DNA from: an uncultured Lachnospiraceae bacterium
GTDB lineage: Bacteria; Bacillota; Clostridia; Oscillospirales; CAG-272
Assembly (NCBI GenBank): GCA_964472845.1
Contig: CAYYND010000001.1
Span: 5,427 to 63,653 of the forward strand
Length of the DNA stretch: 58,227 nt
Direction of reading: 5' to 3'
Shown: piece by piece, positions 8,373 to 17,620 of the stretch
Position numbering within the stretch: position 1 is the first letter of the stretch
Layout: each line of letters opens with the position of its first letter
Notes under the pieces: generated by a model
The model's input: the letters and a program-made list of their open reading frames with translations, nothing else
The model's database searches: none
What the model was told of the DNA's origin: nothing
Position numbers and translations under genes: made by a program

Positions 8373-9133
8373 TACGGTTCCTCCCTTGATGCGCGAGACT
8401 TGAGTATTGCCTGTGCATATATGATATCTTCGGGTGTTGTGATCTTGATGTTTTCTTTTCCGCATTCGACCGTGAAGACGCTTCTGCCGATGGCTTCGAC
8501 AAGAGAATTGTCGTCGGTTGCTTGCCGTCCCACCTCGAGCGCGTTGTACGCCGCCGCACGATATAGATTTATTTTGAATATCTGCGGGGTCTGCGCAAGC
8601 CATACCTCATCGCGAGGTACCGTCTCGGTGATAAATCCCTTTGACACGCGCTTGACGGTATCCGATGCGCGCGTTGCCGCAGTTGCCGCATCATATCTGT
8701 AAGCTTCTCGCGCGACCTCGTTTATCATTTCAGGGGTGGTAAGACAGCGTGCGCCGTCCGCGATTGCGACAAAATCCGCTTTGTCGCTGATCGCCTCAAG
8801 TCCTTTTATTACGGAAAGCTGACGGGTCTTGTCGCCCGTGACTATTTTTGAAAGCTTTGATATTGAGTATTTTTCTTTGAATTCCTCGTATATTGCTCTA
8901 TCTCCGTCCCGACAAACGACTATTATCTCGTGTATCGATCGGCTCTGCTCATACGCGAGCAGAGAGCGCACTACAACGGGCGCGCCGCACAGGTCAATAA
9001 ACTGCTTGGGAACATCTCCACCCATTCTCGATGAATTGCCCGCGGCTACGACTATGGCACTTGTGAAATATCGCGGATCATCCTTTCCGAATACAGTGCG
9101 GATAAGGCTCGCGAGCTTGCCGGCTTGACTCAT
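8372..9133 (-). CDS. ispD: 2-C-methyl-D-erythritol 4-phosphate cytidylyltransferase
   Basis: [20 protein letters not shown] (IspD P-loop-like motif). Translationally coupled to ispF. Confidence 0.9.
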   Translation of the reverse strand: MSQAGKLASLIRTVFGKDDPRYFTSAIVVAAGNSSRMGGDVPKQFIDLCGAPVVVRSLLAYEQSRSIHEIIVVCRDGDRAIYEEFKEKYSISKLSKIVTGDKTRQLSVIKGLEAISDKADFVAIADGARCLTTPEMINEVAREAYRYDAATAATRASDTVKRVSKGFITETVPRDEVWLAQTPQIFKINLYRAAAYNALEVGRQATDDNSLVEAIGRSVFTVECGKENIKITTPEDIIYAQAILKSRASREEP

Positions 9134-9198
9134 GGCCGTTTATCTCCTTTCGATAAGTTCGATATACATTTTATATCCGAATTGCCCGATATCGGTGC

Positions 9199-9651
9199 TT
9201 ATTCGTTCTCGTATTTCATGAGCATATCGATCCTTGTCTGATGCTTTCCGCCTTCAAATTCGGTATCAAGATAGGCGTCAACGATATCAAGTGCCAGACC
9301 TTTGCCGATAACGCGCTCGCCGAAGCACAGCACGTTTGCGTTGTTATGAAGTTTAGTGAGTCTTGCACTGTAAGTATCCGAGCAAACGGCGGCGCGTATG
9401 CCCTTGTGCTTGTTGGCAGCCATAGACATACCGATGCCTGTTCCGCAAATCAGAATACCGCATTCACATTCGCCGCTCTGTATCTTTTGGCAAACGGCGT
9501 GTGCATATTCGGGATAGTTGCAGCTTGCGGTCGAATGTGTGCCGACGTCGATGCAGTTGTAGCCTTTGCTTTTGAGATGCTCGATGACGGCAAGTTTCAG
9601 ATCGTACGCCGCGTGATCGCAGCCGATAGCTATGGGTCTTGATGTTTTCAT
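9199..9651 (-). CDS. rpiB: ribose-5-phosphate isomerase B
   Basis: 150 aa. IAIGCDHAAYDLK...GILICGTGIGMSMAANK... is typical of RpiB/LacAB. Confidence 0.9.
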   Translation of the reverse strand: MKTSRPIAIGCDHAAYDLKLAVIEHLKSKGYNCIDVGTHSTASCNYPEYAHAVCQKIQSGECECGILICGTGIGMSMAANKHKGIRAAVCSDTYSARLTKLHNNANVLCFGERVIGKGLALDIVDAYLDTEFEGGKHQTRIDMLMKYENE

Positions 9652-9693
9652 TATATTTTTTCCTTTCGGTGTTTTGTTTTCAGAACTTGGTCT

Positions 9694-10422
9694 TTACTGT
9701 TGCGATTGCTCTGCTTGACGCGCGAGTTGTTCGGCTCTCGTGCGTTCGGCTTGCGACGGTCGCAGATATACGGGAGAGAGTCCCTTATCATCGGTGCGAT
9801 CTCCGCATCTGTATTGCTTAAGACCGCACATAGCTACCGAATATCCGCTCTGATATATCAGCGGCTCAGGAGTTTTTTGGGGCTTTACGGTCTTTAAAAG
9901 CTTGCGTGTGATGTCATATCCGTCACCGCAAAGATATATGGGGAGAGCGGAATATTTTTCGAGAAGCTCGACCTCAAGCTCGTCGACGGTGATCAGCCTG
10001 TCCTCGGTGAGGCGTTCAAGCACGCCGCTCTTGACGGAGAACAGCGCGTTGTAGACCTGACCTCGACGTGCGTTCATCACGGGGCAGATCAGGGCTTCTC
10101 CCGAAATAAGTTCGAGATTGTGAGCAAGCGCTTCAAGCGTAGATACGCCGATGCAAGGCTTTTGTCTGCCGAATGCAAGCCCCTTTATTGTTGCCGTGCC
10201 TATCCTTACCCCGGTAAATGAGCCGGGACCTGCCGAGCAGACGAACAAATCGATCTCCGAAACGGTCAGGTGCGCTTGCTTCAGCACGGATTCTATCATA
10301 GGCAGCAGAGTCTCACTGTGCGTGTTACCGTTGTTTACCGTGTATGATGATATAAGCCGTTCGTCTTCGCATAACGCTACGGCGGCAGTTACTGCGGTAC
10401 TGTCAAGTGCAAGTATGTACAT
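9694..10422 (-). CDS. tsaB: tRNA t6A37 biosynthesis protein TsaB
   Basis: MYILALDSTAVTAAVAL...GPGSFTGVRIG motif. Adjacent to tsaE. Confidence 0.85.
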   Translation of the reverse strand: MYILALDSTAVTAAVALCEDERLISSYTVNNGNTHSETLLPMIESVLKQAHLTVSEIDLFVCSAGPGSFTGVRIGTATIKGLAFGRQKPCIGVSTLEALAHNLELISGEALICPVMNARRGQVYNALFSVKSGVLERLTEDRLITVDELEVELLEKYSALPIYLCGDGYDITRKLLKTVKPQKTPEPLIYQSGYSVAMCGLKQYRCGDRTDDKGLSPVYLRPSQAERTRAEQLARQAEQSQQ

Positions 10423-10448
10423 CTTGTGTTTCCTTTCACGAGCATATT

Positions 10449-10919
10449 TTATTCGGATACGAGCTCGACGGTTATGCGCCTTTGATCCGCATCGCCTTGA
10501 AGCTTTTCTATCATTATTTTGATATAGCGTTCGGGCAAAGCGTAAGGAATGTTTTCACTCCATTCTACAACGCAGAGCGCCCTGTCCGCTTCGCAGGCGG
10601 AAAGGTAGTCGTAAAATCCGATGGAATAAAGATCGTCGTCATCCGCGATACGATACATATCAAAGTGATAGAATGGTATCTTGTCGCTTTTATATTGATT
10701 TACCAGCGCAAAGGTAGGGGAGCGTACAGAGGACGTTGGCGAGATCACGGATGCGATGCCGCGCGTAAATGCCGTCTTTCCGACTCCGAGGTCGCCGTAT
10801 AGAGCTAAAAACAATGGCAAGCGGCTTTTTTCTTTCAACAAAAGCTCCGCGAGCTCAGCGCCGATTGCCTCGGTCTCCTCTGTGCTGTGAGTATTCGTGT
10901 TTATCAGTATCTTGTTCAT
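10449..10919 (-). CDS. tsaE: tRNA t6A37 biosynthesis ATPase TsaE
   Basis: LYGDLGVGKTAFTRG Walker A and SPTFALVNQY, typical of the YjeE/TsaE family. Confidence 0.9.
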   Translation of the reverse strand: MNKILINTNTHSTEETEAIGAELAELLLKEKSRLPLFLALYGDLGVGKTAFTRGIASVISPTSSVRSPTFALVNQYKSDKIPFYHFDMYRIADDDDLYSIGFYDYLSACEADRALCVVEWSENIPYALPERYIKIMIEKLQGDADQRRITVELVSE

Positions 10920-11039
10920 ATGCTACCTGTCTTGATGCTTTTGAAAATAATTATACATCGTAATTATATCACACAAAAGTTGTTTTGTAAATAGCAATCG
11001 ATGCTTTTTAGATGGTTTATAGCGAATGTTTTCGCACAC

Positions 11040-11084
11040 AAAAAGCCTTCAGACTGCTCCGATCTCGCAGATCAGTCCGAAGGC
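11040..11084 (-). terminator. rho-independent terminator after the DUF896 gene
   Basis: On the minus strand, gccttcggactg...cagtctgaaggc stem (one G-U pair) followed by ttttt. Confidence 0.6.
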
Positions 11085-11093
11085 TCGATAAAT

Positions 11094-11303
11094 TCAACTC
11101 TTTTTTCTGTCCTTAACGCTCTCGCGGCTTCCGTCGGGACGCTCTATCACGGTGTTGTCAAGTATCCCTCGGAGCGATGCGCGAAATGCAAGTACATATT
11201 CCTCGCGAAGCGTTGCTTGCTCCTGCTTTTCTGCCGGAGTCAGCCCCTCAGCCTTTGCCTTTCGCGCGAGCTCGTTTATCCTGTCAATTTTGCTTTGTTC
11301 CAT
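11094..11303 (-). CDS. DUF896 (UPF0291, YnzC-like) small protein
   Basis: 69 aa. KIDRINELARKAKAEGLTPAEKQEQATLREEY is the characteristic DUF896 helix-hairpin sequence. Confidence 0.8.
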   Translation of the reverse strand: MEQSKIDRINELARKAKAEGLTPAEKQEQATLREEYVLAFRASLRGILDNTVIERPDGSRESVKDRKKS

Positions 11304-11357
11304 CTTTTTAAATATCCTTTTCGGTATCGTTCTGCACCGCTCCGTATCAATCGACCC

Positions 11358-11648
11358 TCATCTGCATAGAAAGTACCACACTGCGGCAAACAGAGCCGCT
11401 TGAAGTACTATGATCGCGGGTATGCCTATCATAAAGCTTTTGTGCCTGGTCTTGTGCCGTATTAAAAGCATCGTCAGAAGCATAGCGACCGAGCCTCCGA
11501 GTGCGGAAAGCATAAAAAGCGTTGCCTCGGGTGTGCGGTGCTCGGGGAGCTTCTTAGCCGCTATTTTGTCATAGCAGGTGACGGTGAATGAGATAAACGA
11601 TATGACGGCAAGGTAAATGTACGGCGCATATTTAATGATCTGTTCCAT
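11358..11648 (-). CDS. DUF1294 membrane protein
   Basis: 96 aa. YDKIAAKK...HRTPEATLFMLSALGGSVAMLLTMLLIRHKTRHKSF matches DUF1294. Confidence 0.75.
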   Translation of the reverse strand: MEQIIKYAPYIYLAVISFISFTVTCYDKIAAKKLPEHRTPEATLFMLSALGGSVAMLLTMLLIRHKTRHKSFMIGIPAIIVLQAALFAAVWYFLCR

Positions 11649-11683
11649 ATTTTTCGTGCGTTTCTCGGTGCTCGGCGCCGCGT

Positions 11684-13333
11684 TTATTTTTTGAAGCTGT
11701 CGCGCAGACCGACTATGCGGTTAAATGTGCTTTCGTGCTTTGTGTCCTTGCAGAAATATCCCACACGGACGAATTGGAAACGCTCTCCGTCAGCGGCATC
11801 CGCCAACGCAGGCTCTATCTTGCAGCCTTCAAGCTTTATTGCAGAATTGGGATTGAGGTGGTCGTTGTATTCACTGCTCGGAACCGTACGCATATCTCTT
11901 TCGGAGAACAGAGGCTCATAGAGCATAACTGTCGCTTCCTTGGCGTATTTTGCACTTAACCAATGGATAGTGCCCTTGACCTTGCGGTCGGTCGGGTTCC
12001 CGTTACGTACCTCAAGATCGGCAGTACAACGGATCTCGGTCACATTGCCCTCGGCATCCTGTATGACCTCTTCGCATTTTATGATATATGCGCCCATAAG
12101 ACGAACCTCGGCACCCGGCTTGAGCCTGAAGAACTTCGGAGGCGGAACGAGCGCGAAGTCCTCGCGGTCGATATAGATCTCGCGCGTGAAGGGAAGTGCC
12201 CTCGTACCCGATCCTTCCTTGGAAGGATTGTTGGGGAGATCAAAGTACTCTTCTTTGTCTTCGGGATAGTTGGTTACTACCACTTTGACGGGATCAAGTA
12301 TTGCTATCCTTCTGTCTGCGTCTGAGTTGAGCTCCTCGCGGATGCAGGATTCAAGCATTTCTATATCAACAAGGCTGTCTGCCTTTGAAACACCCGCACG
12401 TTTGACAAACTCAAATATCGACGTGGGGGTATATCCGCGTCTGCGAAGCGCGCAGAGCGTCGGAAGTCTGGGGTCGTCCCAACCGTCAACAAGCTCGTTT
12501 TCTACGAGATAGCGCAGATATCTCTTGCTCATTACCGTGTTGGTAACATTCAGACGCGCAAACTCTCTTTGCTTCGGGCGAGGATCAAATCCGATGTTCT
12601 CGATGACCCAATCATAAAGCGGACGGTGATTTTCAAACTCAAGCGAGCAGAGCGAGTGCGTTATGCCTTCGAGAGCGTCCTGTATGGGATGTGCAAAGTC
12701 ATAGAGCGGGTAGATGCACCATTTGTCGCCCTGACGGTGATGCGAAACGTGAACGATTCTGTAAATTGCGGGGTCTCGCATATTCATATTGGGAGATGCC
12801 ATATCGATCTTGGCACGGAGCGTTTTGCTTCCGTCCGGAAATTCTCCGTTCTTCATTCTCTCGAAAAGCTCAAGGTTCTCTTCAACGGAGCGATCACGAT
12901 ACGGGCTGTTCTTGCCGGGCTCGGTAAGCGTCCCTCTGTACTCACGAAGCTCGTCCGCGGTAAGATCGCAAACGTACGCCTTGCCCTCTTTTATAAGCTT
13001 TATTGCGTATTCATAGCATTTGTCAAAATAGTCCGATCCGTAGAAGATGCCGCCGCTCGGAACGGCACCGAGCCAACAAAGATCCTTGTAGATGGACTCA
13101 ACGTATTCGTTGTCCTCTTTGGACGGGTTGGTATCGTCATAGCGGAGATTGAAGAGCCCTCCGTACTTTTTGGCTGTTTCAAAGTTTATCCATATAGCTT
13201 TTGCGGAGCCTATATGAAGGTAACCGTTGGGCTCCGGGGGGAAGCGCGTGTGTATCTTCAGCTCGGGATTTTCCGCGAGATCCGCGTCGATTATATCGTG
13301 TATAAAGTTGCTGTTGCTTTCTTCGTATGCCAT
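11684..13333 (-). CDS. glnS: glutamine--tRNA ligase
   Basis: FIHDIIDADL...HTRFPPEPNGYLHIGSAKA (HIGH motif) and VMSKR (KMSKS motif) in GlnRS-specific context. I chose the ATG at 13333, behind aaagga, over the TTG at 13351. Confidence 0.9.
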   Translation of the reverse strand: MAYEESNSNFIHDIIDADLAENPELKIHTRFPPEPNGYLHIGSAKAIWINFETAKKYGGLFNLRYDDTNPSKEDNEYVESIYKDLCWLGAVPSGGIFYGSDYFDKCYEYAIKLIKEGKAYVCDLTADELREYRGTLTEPGKNSPYRDRSVEENLELFERMKNGEFPDGSKTLRAKIDMASPNMNMRDPAIYRIVHVSHHRQGDKWCIYPLYDFAHPIQDALEGITHSLCSLEFENHRPLYDWVIENIGFDPRPKQREFARLNVTNTVMSKRYLRYLVENELVDGWDDPRLPTLCALRRRGYTPTSIFEFVKRAGVSKADSLVDIEMLESCIREELNSDADRRIAILDPVKVVVTNYPEDKEEYFDLPNNPSKEGSGTRALPFTREIYIDREDFALVPPPKFFRLKPGAEVRLMGAYIIKCEEVIQDAEGNVTEIRCTADLEVRNGNPTDRKVKGTIHWLSAKYAKEATVMLYEPLFSERDMRTVPSSEYNDHLNPNSAIKLEGCKIEPALADAADGERFQFVRVGYFCKDTKHESTFNRIVGLRDSFKK

Positions 13334-13381
13334 AGCATTGATTCCTTTCAATTTTCGGTCGTCCGATAATTTTTCTTCAGC

Positions 13382-15076
13382 TCAGAGTGTATTCAGCATA
13401 TCGTCCATTCTCTGAACTACCTTGTCTTTACCTATGATCTGCATTACGGTGTAAAGATCGGGAGCGTTGAGCTTGCCCGTGACCGCAACACGAAGGAACA
13501 TACTGATATCCGCTATACTGCCTTTGAAGGCACTCGGATCGTTTTTGTATGCCTTCATATCCAATGCAAAGCCGAGCGACTCGGCTACCGTTTTGATCTT
13601 TTCAAACCAGGTATTCATATCATCGGCGGGATCATATGTGCTTAAAAATCCTTCGATCGCGGATCTTATATCAGAGGCGTCAAAGCGTGCAAGCTCAGCA
13701 TTTGCCGACTCCTCGATCTGATAAAATCTGTCAAAGAAAAATCCCATATAAGGCTTTGCGTCTGTCCACACGGCAAGATCCTTGCGAGGCTTTTTGCCGC
13801 CTCTGCCGATGGCGAAGACCTTTTTGGCAAGCGTTTCGTTGTTTATCAACTCGTTTGCAAATTCCGCATCAAATTCCTTCGCAAAAGCCGTTACCTTCTC
13901 GTAAACCTCATCGGCAGTCATACGAGAGATGACGTTCTTTGAAACGTCGTTGAGCTTGTTGAAGTCAAAGAGACATCCTGATGCCGACATTTTTTTGATG
14001 CTGAACGGGAAATCGGTGTACGCCTTGGTCGGATTTTGCATATGCCACTCCTCATAGTTTGAGTTGAGAAGTGTCATAATATATTCGCAAACACATTCGG
14101 GTGCGTATCCCATACGCTTGTAATCATCCATATTGGCACCCATATCGCGCTTGGAAAGCTTCTTCTTGTTTCCGTTTTCGTCAAGTCGCATTATCTGCGC
14201 GATGTGCATATATTTCGGGAGCTTGAATCCGAGATATTGGAAAAGCTGAATGTGCTTTGCAAGACTTGGCAACCATTCCTCGCCTCTTATTACGTGCGTC
14301 GTTCCCATAAGGTGATCGTCTACCGCGTGTGCAAAGTGGTAGGTAGGGATCCCGTCGCTCTTGAGAAGCACAAAATCCTCGTCATTCTCGGGGATCTCAA
14401 GCTTGCCTTTGACAAGATCCGTAAACGGGATCTTCTTCTCGGGATCTCCGTTTGAGAGTATGCGAAGTACGAAGGGATTGCCCGCTTTGAGGTTTTCCTC
14501 GACCTTTTCGAGGGTGAACTGCCTCTGCTTTTGCAGCTCCTCTTTCTGCTTTGATGCGTCCTCGTGCCAATCCTTGGCTTTTATCTCGGCTTTTTTGTCT
14601 ACCGCCGCAAGCGCCTCAAGCTCTTCCTTGGTCGTAAAGCAGGGATAAGCAAGCCCCCTCGCTACGAGATCCTTTGCATAAACGTGATATATCGAGCCGC
14701 GAAGGCTCTGCTTGTACGGACCGTAGATACCGTGATCGCTTATCTTTCCGTCCTCGCCGAGGATTGCTCCCTCATCGAAACATATGCCGTAATTTGCAAG
14801 CGTTTTGATGAGCCCTTCAGCCGCTCCCGGAACCTCGCGCTTGGCGTCGGTATCCTCAATACGGAGATAAAATACGCCTCCGCTTTGATGCGCGAGTCGC
14901 TCTCCTACGGTGGTGGGGAAGAGTCCGCCGAAATGCACGAATCCCGTAGGGCTCGGCGCAAATCTCGTTACCTTAGCTCCCTCGGGAAGCGAACGCGGCG
15001 GAAATCTCAGTTCAAGCTCTGACGGTGTCTCCGTTACGTTCGGAAACAGCAAGTCCGCAAGATATTTGTAGTCCAT
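13382..15076 (-). CDS. gltX: glutamate--tRNA ligase (long form)
   Basis: VTRFAPSPTGFVHFGG (HIGH variant), LRIEDTD and KLSKR motifs. I chose the ATG at 15076 (MDYKYLADLL), behind aaagga. Confidence 0.85.
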   Translation of the reverse strand: MDYKYLADLLFPNVTETPSELELRFPPRSLPEGAKVTRFAPSPTGFVHFGGLFPTTVGERLAHQSGGVFYLRIEDTDAKREVPGAAEGLIKTLANYGICFDEGAILGEDGKISDHGIYGPYKQSLRGSIYHVYAKDLVARGLAYPCFTTKEELEALAAVDKKAEIKAKDWHEDASKQKEELQKQRQFTLEKVEENLKAGNPFVLRILSNGDPEKKIPFTDLVKGKLEIPENDEDFVLLKSDGIPTYHFAHAVDDHLMGTTHVIRGEEWLPSLAKHIQLFQYLGFKLPKYMHIAQIMRLDENGNKKKLSKRDMGANMDDYKRMGYAPECVCEYIMTLLNSNYEEWHMQNPTKAYTDFPFSIKKMSASGCLFDFNKLNDVSKNVISRMTADEVYEKVTAFAKEFDAEFANELINNETLAKKVFAIGRGGKKPRKDLAVWTDAKPYMGFFFDRFYQIEESANAELARFDASDIRSAIEGFLSTYDPADDMNTWFEKIKTVAESLGFALDMKAYKNDPSAFKGSIADISMFLRVAVTGKLNAPDLYTVMQIIGKDKVVQRMDDMLNTL

Positions 15077-15206
15077 ATCTGTATATCCTTTCTGTCTGTG
15101 TGTAATGTGCGTTATCCTTTTAATGTATTTTAGCGATCGATTTACATATATAATCAATTATATCACAAAGAAGACATATTGTCCATAGATTTTTTGAAAA
15201 AACAGC

Positions 15207-15235
15207 AAAAAAGGGGCTGACACGCGGTCAGCCCC
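15207..15235 (-). terminator. rho-independent terminator after the solute-binding lipoprotein gene
   Basis: ggggctgac/gtcagcccc stem with a T6 run on the minus strand. Confidence 0.8.
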
Positions 15236-15294
15236 GAATAAATTGTTTAAGATCATCGTACTATCGGCAGATGATCCGTCATCGCTTGTGACTA

Positions 15295-16890
15295 TCAGTT
15301 AAAGTTACCCTCGAGCTTAGGCTGGAGTTTTTTGATAGCGCTTGTGATCGTGCTTGCGCTCAGTTTTGCGTCTCTGGTCCAGGAAGATGACTGATTGTTC
15401 TTAACGGCATTTCTGAAGGTTACCTGCTTGGATCCGAGATCCTTGTCGAATATACGACCGATATCGAACGAGAGGTTACCTCTGATGATGTCGAACATAT
15501 GAGCGGATACATCATCCTTGGAGTATCTGAGCTTATAGAGGGTCTCGAAGATAACGGGAGTGAGTGTTCTGTAAGAAGCGGAAGCGAGTGCTTCAAGAAC
15601 CGCGGCGCCCATCTCGATCGTTCCCTCAACCTTTGCGTAAACGGGAAGTCCGTAAAGTGTTATGGGGTTACCCATAATGGTTACGTAAGGTGTATTTTCA
15701 TCGTATGTTGGGCAAGGAAGGATGGAGTAAGATCCGGCAAGATCTTTGTTTGATTCAAAAACCTTGAAGGATACTCTTGCACGGTCTATGCAGAAGAGGA
15801 GCTTCTCATCTCTGAAGTTAGCCTGATGCCATACGTCGGATGTGTATATACCGTAATCTGTTTCGTGGAGAAGTGTATTGAGCTTTTCAAGTGTGTTCTT
15901 GATCTGCTCACTTGCAAATTTATCCGAAACCTTAAGATTTCCGCTTGAATCCTTTTCAACAAGGAGTGCGCCTGTTCCGTAGAACCAGGGGTCGGTGTGG
16001 ATTCCGCTCGTCATATAGCCGAATATATCGCTTTCGCCTTCCTTAGCGGCAGACTTTTCTCCGTTACCGTCTACATCTCTGTAAACGCTCTGGCAGTATT
16101 CTATAAATTTGTCGTATGTCCACTGACGGGATTCAACGAGTGTCTGGGGATGAGGCATATCTTTGTGGAATTCATCAAGCAGTTTGTCGTTGACAAAGCA
16201 TGTATACATCATATACAGCGCATTGGGGGAGATATCACCCGATGCAAAGTAGAGCTTTCCTTTTACGGTCGTCTCTTGAATAAGGCTGGAAGGCCACCAA
16301 GGTTTATCAAAATTTATGTGGCTGCAATCCTCGGAGTTGAGGTTGTAGAGATAGCCCCTTGTTGCACATACGGCGGTCGTACGGGAATAGCTTGCGATAG
16401 CATCATATGATCTTTCGCCGTTTACCGCTGCTTTTACCTTATCGGCAAATTCATCGACATAATCCGCATCACCGTTCTGGTATTGGAATTCGATCTTTAC
16501 GCCGAGACGTTCTTCAACTGTCTTTATACGGTTGTAAAGTGCTTTGAGCGTGATGTTGGAACTGTCATAATCTTCTTCAACGCCGAATTCGGGGTGTTCA
16601 ACATCTTTCCAAGCGAGGAAAGTGAATGTCTTGTCACCAAAGTCGAGGTTGTCGGGAAGATCGTCCAGAAGGTAACCGTCTTTATCGTGGTCTTCATCGG
16701 GCGTACTACTCGAATCGTCTCCACCGACTGAGCCGATGTCTGCGGGATCGTTCGTAGCTTCGGGACCTTTGGTCTGATTATCGGATTCATCGGGAGTCTC
16801 GGGATCCTTGACGCAGGCAACAAAGCACGAAAGCATCATGAGGGCTACGAGAGCCAAGCATAAAATTTTGGTAAATGTTTTCTTTGCCAT
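15295..16890 (-). CDS. extracellular solute-binding lipoprotein (ABC transporter family 1 SBP, large LipO-like type). No cognate permease genes are adjacent.
   Basis: Signal peptide with lipobox LSCFVAC, a Ser/Asp/Thr-rich linker, then about 470 aa with SBP-like composition. Confidence 0.65.
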   Translation of the reverse strand: MAKKTFTKILCLALVALMMLSCFVACVKDPETPDESDNQTKGPEATNDPADIGSVGGDDSSSTPDEDHDKDGYLLDDLPDNLDFGDKTFTFLAWKDVEHPEFGVEEDYDSSNITLKALYNRIKTVEERLGVKIEFQYQNGDADYVDEFADKVKAAVNGERSYDAIASYSRTTAVCATRGYLYNLNSEDCSHINFDKPWWPSSLIQETTVKGKLYFASGDISPNALYMMYTCFVNDKLLDEFHKDMPHPQTLVESRQWTYDKFIEYCQSVYRDVDGNGEKSAAKEGESDIFGYMTSGIHTDPWFYGTGALLVEKDSSGNLKVSDKFASEQIKNTLEKLNTLLHETDYGIYTSDVWHQANFRDEKLLFCIDRARVSFKVFESNKDLAGSYSILPCPTYDENTPYVTIMGNPITLYGLPVYAKVEGTIEMGAAVLEALASASYRTLTPVIFETLYKLRYSKDDVSAHMFDIIRGNLSFDIGRIFDKDLGSKQVTFRNAVKNNQSSSWTRDAKLSASTITSAIKKLQPKLEGNFN

Positions 16891-16949
16891 TTCATTTTCT
16901 CCTTATTAGTATTTTGGCACTGTTAAGTATAGAATAATAGCCATAGCTT

Positions 16950-16978
16950 AGTTTATCATATTTTATGCAATTTGTCAA
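16950..16978 (-). promoter_or_regulatory. candidate sigma-A promoter for the SBP gene
   Basis: Minus strand reads ttgaca-N17-taaact. Confidence 0.45.
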
Positions 16979-17278
16979 TACTTACAAAAAGTTTTTTCTT
17001 GTTTTTGAAAAATTATAGCAAGTGGCAACAAGCAGAGCGCACATTAGATAGGCGTGCTTTTTTGCTTAAAAGCCGCGGGATCAGCGGAGCTTCGATAAAA
17101 ACTTTAATTCCGTCGGCAATAAAGTGAATATAAGCCCGTCTTTGAATACAAAATTATAGTATATGAAAACGGCGGAGCTTGAAGTACGTCGGAAAACAAT
17201 GTGTTTTTGATATATCTTTGATATGTTTCTTCGATCGCCGCCGAACTGCGCTACCGTATGAAAGGAATGGTAATAAAT

Positions 17279-17593
17279 ATGAAAACCTTCGTATACACCG
17301 TGAAGGACGAGCACGGCATACACGCACGCCCGGCGGGAGTTCTTATAAGCTGTGCCAAAAAGTTTGCTTCCGATATAAGAATATGCAAAATATCTGACGT
17401 GGGTCATGAAAACCGAGAGGAAGACGATGAGGGCAAAATGTGCGGCAAGGAAGCTGACGGAAAGAGACTTCTTTCGGTTATGTCGCTCGGAGCTCGCTTC
17501 GGAGACAAGCTTCGCTTTACCGTATCGGGTATAGACGAGAGCGAGGCGGCGGCAGAGCTTCAAAAATGCTGTTACGAAAATATCGGACGGTAG
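17279..17593 (+). CDS. ptsH: HPr-like phosphocarrier protein with an internal acidic insertion
   Basis: GIHARPAG (His15 motif) and the later LSVMSLGA...TVSGIDESEA motif. Lies immediately upstream of ptsI. ATGs at 17258 or 17267 are possible starts. Confidence 0.75.
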   Translation: MKTFVYTVKDEHGIHARPAGVLISCAKKFASDIRICKISDVGHENREEDDEGKMCGKEADGKRLLSVMSLGARFGDKLRFTVSGIDESEAAAELQKCCYENIGR

Positions 17594-17620
17594 ACCGTTT
17601 GGAAAGGAACAGAAATTCAT

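Noticed and set aside
8373-8603. N-terminal extension of the ispF ORF
   Set aside because: It overlaps the 3' end of ispD in another frame. The canonical IspF N-terminus [12 protein letters not shown] starts at 8372 with TAATG coupling.
12569-13369. 266-aa ORF on the plus strand
   Set aside because: It is antisense to glnS, which is certain.
15077-15210. T-box riboswitch upstream of gltX
   Set aside because: The leader is too short. I saw no specifier hairpin and no T-box sequence (AANNNGGGTGGTACCGCG-like).
17036-17063. Terminator-like hairpin plus T6 in the divergent SBP/ptsH intergenic region, considered as a candidate sRNA 3' end
   Set aside because: The stem is only about 7 bp, with a mismatch and a wobble pair, and I could find no convincing upstream promoter. 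The evidence is too weak to call.
17081-17620. 179-aa minus-strand ORF overlapping the HPr gene
   Set aside because: The HPr frame on the plus strand carries the His15 motif and sits in operon context with ptsI. The minus ORF has no recognisable features.
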